Of a DNA stretch of 64,000 nt, positions 58,244-64,000 are shown one piece after another; within the stretch, counting starts at the first letter, position 1; each line of letters opens with the position of its first letter. The DNA is from an uncultured Chloroflexia bacterium (lineage in GTDB: Bacteria; Chloroflexota; Dehalococcoidia; DSTF01; JALHUB01), in NCBI GenBank assembly GCA_963763495.1, contig CAVXOY010000018.1:16592-80591 (forward strand). Reading direction: 5' to 3'. The notes under the pieces are model-generated. The model was given only the letters and a program-made list of their open reading frames with translations. It was not told the DNA's origin and did not search any database. A program made the position numbers and the translations under genes.

Positions 58244-61200
58244 CTAGTGCGCTTCGGCTGTCACCCGCTCCCAGAGGCGTGACACCTCCTGCGCGAGAGC
58301 CGAGTGCTCCGGCCGCTTCAGGTCGGGGTCGCCCTCCAGCAGGCGGGTCGCTTCGGTGCGCGCGAGCTCGATAAGCGGCACGTCTGAGAGTTGCGCCACC
58401 TTCAGGTCGGGGAGACCGCTCTGACGGGTACCGAAGAACTCGCCGGGGCCGCGCAGGCGCAGGTCAGCCTCGGCGAGGGCGAAGCCGTCCTGGTTATTCT
58501 CCACGAGTTGGAGCCGCTCTCTCGCCTCTGCCGAAGCACTATCGGAAAGGAGGAGACAGTAACTCTGGACGTCGCTGCGGCCGACGCGACCCCGGAGCTG
58601 GTGAAGCTGGGCCAGCCCGAAGCGTTCCGCTCCCTCTACCATCATGACCGTCGCGTTCGGTATATCCACGCCCACCTCTACCACCGCCGTTGAAACCAGT
58701 ATGTCCAGCCGCCCATCGCGGAAGTCACGCATCACCCGTTCCTTCTCCTGGCTGCCCAGGCGACCGTGCAGGAGCCCCAGACGCAGATCAGGGAACACCT
58801 CGCTGCTCAGTCGCTTGAACTCCTGGGTGGCGGCCCGTGTCACCAGCACCTCCGACTCCTCGATCAGCGGGCAAATGATGAAGGCCTGCCGCTCCTGCCG
58901 GACCTGTTCTCGCAGGAACTCGTAGGCCCCCTCGCGTTCCTCCGGCGCTACCCAGCGCGTCTCGATGGGTTTTCGCCCCAGCGGCATCTCGTCGATGACG
59001 GAGATGTCCAGATCGCCGTAGAGGGTGAGAGCGAGAGTACGCGGTATCGGGGTAGCGGTCATCACCAACAGATGGGGGTTGCGTCCTTTGCCGCGCAGGG
59101 CCGCCCTCTGCATCACCCCGAAGCGGTGCTGCTCGTCTACGACCGCGGCTCCCAGGCGAGAGAAGTCCACGTTTTCCTGAATGATGGCGTGGGTTCCCAC
59201 CAAGATGTCCACCTCGCCCGCAGCGACTGCCTCCCGGACGTTCTGCTTCTCCGGTGTCGACATGCTTCCTGTGAGGAGGGCGAGGCGCAGGGGTTGTGGC
59301 AGGTAGGGTACGGTAAGAGCGACGATGGGTCCCGGCTGCACCTGACCGGACAGGATGCGGCTGAGCGTTTGATAGTGCTGCTCGGCGAGGATCTCGGTGG
59401 GGGCCATCATAACGCTCTGATAGCCGGCGCTCTTGGCTGCGATCAGGCAGGCTGCTGCTACCACCGTCTTGCCGCTGCCCACGTCGCCCTGGAGGAGACG
59501 GCTCATGGGACGCTCCCGGGCGACATCCTCCAATACCTGGTGCATGGCCTTTGTCTGGGCTGCTGTCAGCGTGAAAGGAAGTGACTCGACATAACCGTCG
59601 CGGACTTCAGGAGGCAAGGGTAGTGGTTCGGCGAGACCGCGTTCCTGCCATTCCCGCTTGCGGATGAGCACCCCCGTTTGGATCAGCAGCAGCTCGTCGA
59701 AGGCCAGACGTCGCCGGGCCGCTCTCAGATCGTCCCAGCTATCGGGGTAGTGCATCTGCCGGATCGCCGTGGTGACCGGCAGGAACCGGTTTCGGGCCAG
59801 CAGGTCAGGCGGCAGGAGTTCCGGAACAACGTCGGCATAGCCGTCGAGCGCCTCTTTCGCCAGCCGGCGGGCCGTCCGTGCCGCCAGGCCGGATGTCGAA
59901 TGATAGACGGGCACCAGCCGACCCGTATGGATCAAGTCCTCCGATTCCAGAGGCTCGTATTCCGGGTTCTCCAGCGTCTTCTGCCCCTTGAACAGCGTCA
60001 CCTTTCCGGCCAGCACGATCTGCGTGTTCGTCCGAAGCTGGCGGGCGAGGTAGGGCTGGTTGAACCAGACGATGCGCATCACCCCCGTGTCATCTCCCAC
60101 CAGCGCCTCGGTGCCCTTCAGACGCCGCCCGATATTCGCCTCCGCGGCGCTCCATACCGTCCCGATGACCGTCTGCTCCTCGCCGACCACGAGCTCCGCG
60201 ATGGGCCGGATGTGGGCGAAATCGTTATGACGGCGGGGGAAGAAGTAGAGCAGATCGCGCACGGTCTCGACGCCCAGGTGAGCGAACTTGGCGGCCAGGG
60301 CGCTGCTCACTCCCCGGAGCGCTGTGATCGGCGCTGCCAAGTCTGCCTGACTTTTCGGCTGGTCGGCGGGAGGCCGTCGGGGTTTGGCCGGCGCTCTAGT
60401 CGCGGAGGACGCCCGCGCCGCCGCCGTTTTCGCGCTGGGGGCTTGCTTGGCTGGAGCCTGGACCGGCTGATTGATAAGGGTCAGGGTCTCCGCGAGCCAG
60501 CGCCGCCGCTGGTCAGGGGTCAGGGATGCGTAGCCATGCGAGGGCAAAGCCATGATCGAGCGCATGACGGGGGAGTTTGAGGCAAGGCTACCGCGCTCGA
60601 CGAGCCGCTTGAGGTAGCGGTCGATGCCTCCCATGACCGCCTTGTCCGTGTAGCCCTTGCGTCGTTCCAGTTCCAGGATATTGCGCAGTTGGGCTTCCGG
60701 CGGGTTCAATCTCCTCTTTACCCCCTCGACGACTACCATGCCCATCAGCCCTGGGCCGCCATGGGCCCCCAGCGCCGGCCCCAGGCGGGCGATGTGGATC
60801 GGCACGTCGGGGAGCCGTTCGCGGACCCAGTCTGCGAGCATATCGGCGTCGGCCGGTGTCGTAGTATACATGACCCCAACCTCGGCAATGTCAGGATAGG
60901 CCATCGCTAGCTCGAACATCCGCTTCAGCCCTCCGGCCCGCGTCCGGGCCCGACCGAGGGCGTGGATCTCGCCGCGAATGCCGAGTATCGGTTTGATGTC
61001 GAGGAGGTTTCCGAGCAGCGCCTCCAATCGGCTGATGCGTCCCCCCCGGCGCGCGTACTCCAGCGTGTCCAATAGGACGAACGTGTGCACCCTGTCCGCT
61101 ACCGAGCGCGCGGCCGCTACCACCTCTTCCAAAGGGGCTCCTGCTTTGGCCGCCTTGGCCGCGGCAATGACCACCAGGCCGAGTCCTAGAGAGGAGGTGG

Positions 61201-61573
61201 CGGAATCGACGACCTCTACCCGGCAGGGAGCGCTTAATGCGTCCCTGGCGATGGTCGCTGCCGCAACCGTTCCCGAAAAGTTGGCGCCGAGGTGGACGGA
61301 GACGATGGCGTCGGTCTCTGTCGATAGTCTCTCGTAGACCTCCAAGAATGCGCCGACGGGGGCCTGTGACGTGCTGGGGGCGATAGAGCTCTTCGTCAGC
61401 TTCTCGAAGAACTGCTCTGTGGTCAGGTCAACGCCGTCGCGGAAGGACTCCTGCCCGAACAAGACGATCTGGGGCACTACCGTGATCTGCAGCTCTTCGA
61501 CTGTCTGAGGTGAGAGATCCGCCGTGCTGTCCGTAACCACGCGCACGGTCATCGGCGACGGTCTCCCCAGCAA
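58244..61573 (-). CDS. recG: single 1109-aa ORF as assembled: DegV/FakB-like fatty-acid-binding domain (aa ~8-285) joined in frame to ATP-dependent DNA helicase RecG (aa ~290-1109)
   Basis: DegV part: VRVVTDSTADL...SQAPVGAF...LGAHGGPGLMGMVVV. RecG part: wedge domain, GDVGSGKT (Walker A), VVDEQHRFGV (DEQH), TATPIPRTL, QLHQLRGRVGR. The junction at 60707-60725 has a C5/G5 run, an out-of-frame TAA, GAGGAG and an in-frame TTG, so it may really be two genes. Confidence 0.8.
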   Translation of the reverse strand: MLGRPSPMTVRVVTDSTADLSPQTVEELQITVVPQIVLFGQESFRDGVDLTTEQFFEKLTKSSIAPSTSQAPVGAFLEVYERLSTETDAIVSVHLGANFSGTVAAATIARDALSAPCRVEVVDSATSSLGLGLVVIAAAKAAKAGAPLEEVVAAARSVADRVHTFVLLDTLEYARRGGRISRLEALLGNLLDIKPILGIRGEIHALGRARTRAGGLKRMFELAMAYPDIAEVGVMYTTTPADADMLADWVRERLPDVPIHIARLGPALGAHGGPGLMGMVVVEGVKRRLNPPEAQLRNILELERRKGYTDKAVMGGIDRYLKRLVERGSLASNSPVMRSIMALPSHGYASLTPDQRRRWLAETLTLINQPVQAPAKQAPSAKTAAARASSATRAPAKPRRPPADQPKSQADLAAPITALRGVSSALAAKFAHLGVETVRDLLYFFPRRHNDFAHIRPIAELVVGEEQTVIGTVWSAAEANIGRRLKGTEALVGDDTGVMRIVWFNQPYLARQLRTNTQIVLAGKVTLFKGQKTLENPEYEPLESEDLIHTGRLVPVYHSTSGLAARTARRLAKEALDGYADVVPELLPPDLLARNRFLPVTTAIRQMHYPDSWDDLRAARRRLAFDELLLIQTGVLIRKREWQERGLAEPLPLPPEVRDGYVESLPFTLTAAQTKAMHQVLEDVARERPMSRLLQGDVGSGKTVVAAACLIAAKSAGYQSVMMAPTEILAEQHYQTLSRILSGQVQPGPIVALTVPYLPQPLRLALLTGSMSTPEKQNVREAVAAGEVDILVGTHAIIQENVDFSRLGAAVVDEQHRFGVMQRAALRGKGRNPHLLVMTATPIPRTLALTLYGDLDISVIDEMPLGRKPIETRWVAPEEREGAYEFLREQVRQERQAFIICPLIEESEVLVTRAATQEFKRLSSEVFPDLRLGLLHGRLGSQEKERVMRDFRDGRLDILVSTAVVEVGVDIPNATVMMVEGAERFGLAQLHQLRGRVGRSDVQSYCLLLSDSASAEARERLQLVENNQDGFALAEADLRLRGPGEFFGTRQSGLPDLKVAQLSDVPLIELARTEATRLLEGDPDLKRPEHSALAQEVSRLWERVTAEAH

Positions 61574-61579
61574 AGTCCG

Positions 61580-63273
61580 CTATTCGAGGGAGATGATGTA
61601 GTTGTAGTGCGGTTGTCCGCCATAAACGACCTCAGTGTCGAGGGATGGGTAGTCCTTCTTGATCGCAGCCGCCAGCGTCAACGTCTCATCTTTGTCCGTG
61701 TCGGCCCCGTAGTAGATCGTGACGAGGCTGGTCTGGGGGTGACGGCCTGGCCCAGGCAGGAAAGGGCGGCATTGTAGGACGAGGCTTCGGCGATGACCAG
61801 CTTCCCGTCCAGGAGGGCGATTGACTGCCCCTTGCGCACCGATAGCCCGTCAACTACGACGGAGCGGATTGCCTTCGTCACCTCAATCGTCCGCACTTGG
61901 TGACGTGCCTCACCCATGATGGCAGCGTTCTCGCGCAGCCCTTTCTCCAGGTTCAATGCGAGGAGCGCCGCTATCCCCTGCGGTATCGACTGCGTCGGCA
62001 CCACCTGCGCGTCCTTCTTGCTGTGCTGCACCGCCTGCTCTGCCGTAAGGACGACGTTCTTGTTGTTGGGAAGCACGATGACCTCATCCTGGGGACAGGA
62101 GTCGATAGCTGTCAGGACCTGCTGCGTGCTGGGGTTCATTGTCCTTCCCCCGTGCACGATCGCTGTCACTCCTAGGCTGCGAAAGATGTCCTCCAGCCCT
62201 CTTCCCGACGCTACCGCCACCGTGCCGACGGGCGCGAGGTTGGGTTCGTATCCGATCTGGACCTTGTGCGAGAACTCCTCCGCCTGCGCCTGGATGTTGT
62301 CGACTTTGAGCCGCGTCAACTCTCCCAGCGACGTTCCGTAACTAATGGCGGCGCCTGGATTAGAGGTGTGTACGTGTACCCGCAGCGTCTTCTCGTCTCC
62401 TACCACCAGGACGGAATCGCCGAGTGCCACCATACGCTCCAGCACGACTTCCGCATCCAGCCCCTCTCCCGCCACCAGGAACTCGGTGCAGTATCCGAAT
62501 TCGCTCTCGCCGCCTTCGTGCAGCGTCGCCGTTGCGTTCAACCAGCTATGTTGGGGGTCCTGGATGGCCAGGGGTGCCAGAGGGGCCATGTCTCCCCGGA
62601 GGTAGCGCAGCGCTCCTTCCAGCATGATGTACAGCCCCTGGCCGCCGGCGTCGACTACTCCCGCGTCGCGTAGTACGGGTAGGAGAGTCGGCGTCTTCGC
62701 CACTGCCTTCTTGGCGGCGTCGACTGCCGACGTCAGAACGCTGCGAAGGCCACCCTCCAACTTCTGGGCCCGTTTTCGGGCGGCGACCCCTACCTCACGC
62801 ATGACCGTGAGGATCGTGCCTTCCACGGGGTTGCGTACAGCCCGATGGGCGCTGCTTGCCGCCTCCTCAAGAGCTGTGGCGAAGTCCAAGCCACCGAAGC
62901 GGTCTTTGCCGTCCAGACTGTCGGCGAAGCCTCGTAGCATCTGGGAGAGGATAACCCCCGAGTTGCCGCGCGCTCCCATTAGCGCTCCCCTAGCCATCGC
63001 CTTGGCGATGATGTCGGCGGAATCGCTGCCGGCCTGGTAGGCCTCGTCCATCGTGGCCTGCATCGTCAGGTACATATTGGTGCCGGTATCGCCGTCGGGG
63101 ACAGGGAAGACGTTGATGGAGTTGATCGCCTCCGCGTTGCGCTCCAGCCAAGTCGTGGCGGCAGCGAACATCCCCCGCAGGTCGTCGCCGGAGTAAGTGA
63201 GGACCTGCGGGCCGGCGGACTCTCGGCGGGCGGAGTCATCCACGGCTAGGCCCTCGGATTCAGCGTTGGTCAT
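61580..63273 (-). CDS. DAK2-domain fusion protein YloV / fatty acid kinase ATP-binding subunit FakA-like, frame broken once near 61735-61745
   Basis: LERNAEAINSINVFPVPDGDTGTNM.... The C-terminal end (TSLVTIYYGADTDKDETLTLAAAIKKDYPSLDTEVVYGGQPHYNYIISLE*) reads in another frame after a G5 run. The stop is at 61580-61582. Confidence 0.85.
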
Positions 63274-63358
63274 CAGGCAGCTTGCCTCCAGCCTTCCCTC
63301 GTGCTAAGATGGCAATCGAATTCTAGCAACACCGTTGCGCCCCGTAAAGGATAACCTG

Positions 63359-63571
63359 ATGTCTGGGAAGTGTGATATCTGCGGCAAGAGCACCGTGTTT
63401 GGTCGTAATATCCGGCACCGTCACGCCGGACGCTGGGAGCGTAAGGCTCCCCGGACCAACAGGGTGTTTCGCCCCAACGTCCATAAGCAGACTGTCCACG
63501 TCGAGGGTAGATCCCTGAGACTGAACGTCTGCACCCGCTGCCTGCGCACCCAATCGCGGGTGTCCGCATAG
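63359..63571 (+). CDS. rpmB: 50S ribosomal protein L28
   Basis: MSGKCDICGKSTVFGRNIRHRHAGRWERKAPRTNRVFRPNVHKQTV.... Start taken at the internal ATG of ORF 63335-63571, with AAAGGA upstream. Confidence 0.9.
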   Translation: MSGKCDICGKSTVFGRNIRHRHAGRWERKAPRTNRVFRPNVHKQTVHVEGRSLRLNVCTRCLRTQSRVSA

Positions 63572-63612
63572 CCAAGCGATCCCCTGCGTCTTTTTCTGCT
63601 GTCTGCCCCGAG

Positions 63613-64000
63613 CTAGTTCCTTGGTTCCGTTCGTGTTGCGCTCTCCCGCAGCCGCGCCATGTTGTCGGCGACGCTCCCCTTCTTGTTGAATATGGCCGTG
63701 CCCGCCACCAGAACTCGCACCCCTGCCTCTACGCAGCGGGGTGCCGTCTCCGGCGTTATACCACCGTCGATCTCTATCTCCACTGCCAGCCCCCGCTCGT
63801 CGAGAAGGCGGCGCAGACGGCGCACCTTCGGCAGCACATCCTCGATAAACTCCTGCCCGCCGAAGCCGGGGTCGACGCTCATGATCAGCGCCAGATCAAC
63901 CTCTGCCAGCACTTCCTCGATGGCGGCAAGCGGAGTCGCCGGGTTCAGAGCGACGCCCGCCCGCAGGCCGTGCCCTTTGATCTGCTCGATTACGCGGTGC
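63613..64000 (-). CDS. rpe: ribulose-phosphate 3-epimerase, C-terminal part (gene continues beyond the window)
   Basis: ...GLRAGVALNPATP...DLALIMSVDPGFGGQEFI...IEIDGGITPETAPRCVEAGVRVLVAGTAIF. Confidence 0.9.
   Translation of the reverse strand, partial: HRVIEQIKGHGLRAGVALNPATPLAAIEEVLAEVDLALIMSVDPGFGGQEFIEDVLPKVRRLRRLLDERGLAVEIEIDGGITPETAPRCVEAGVRVLVAGTAIFNKKGSVADNMARLRESATRTEPRN

Overview
This is a high-GC bacterial chromosomal segment. By hand count, coding lines are roughly 60-70% GC, with a few 45-55% patches. I find about 55 protein genes and one tRNA-Lys. I find no rRNA, CRISPR array, transposase or integrase. Gene order resembles Terrabacteria (Firmicutes/Chloroflexota-like): hrcA-grpE-dnaK...dnaJ-prmA-rsmE, rpmB divergent from yloV(fakA)-degV-recG, and a groEL under a CIRCE operator. 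The taxon cannot be proven from this window. Content is mostly housekeeping: pyrE, lepB, pyrG, tal, rho, chaperones, nfi, recG, rpmB, rpe, and prfB with its programmed +1 frameshift. Mixed in are envelope, signalling and transport genes: two ECF sigma modules, two M23 peptidases, c-di-GMP proteins, a MacAB-like exporter, three divalent-metal transporter genes and a PimA/PIP-synthase lipid cluster. An important caveat is that I count roughly 30 reading-frame breaks, several in essential genes and several at homopolymer runs. Many 'pseudogenes', and possibly one 'fusion', may therefore be assembly indels. The most interesting candidates are: (1) an ECF sigma factor translationally coupled to a zinc-anti-sigma domain fused to a complete O6-alkylguanine alkyltransferase, a possible single-use alkylation sensor; (2) a soluble MgtE-type cytosolic module encoded directly upstream of an Nramp homologue with a Met-less, NRMT-like metal site, behind a structured leader that ends in a terminator/anti-SD hairpin; (3) a PHP phosphoesterase-PimA-PIP synthase operon; (4) a low-GC, decayed insert inside the dnaK operon; (5) an apparent DegV(FakB)-RecG fusion that is probably an indel artefact.
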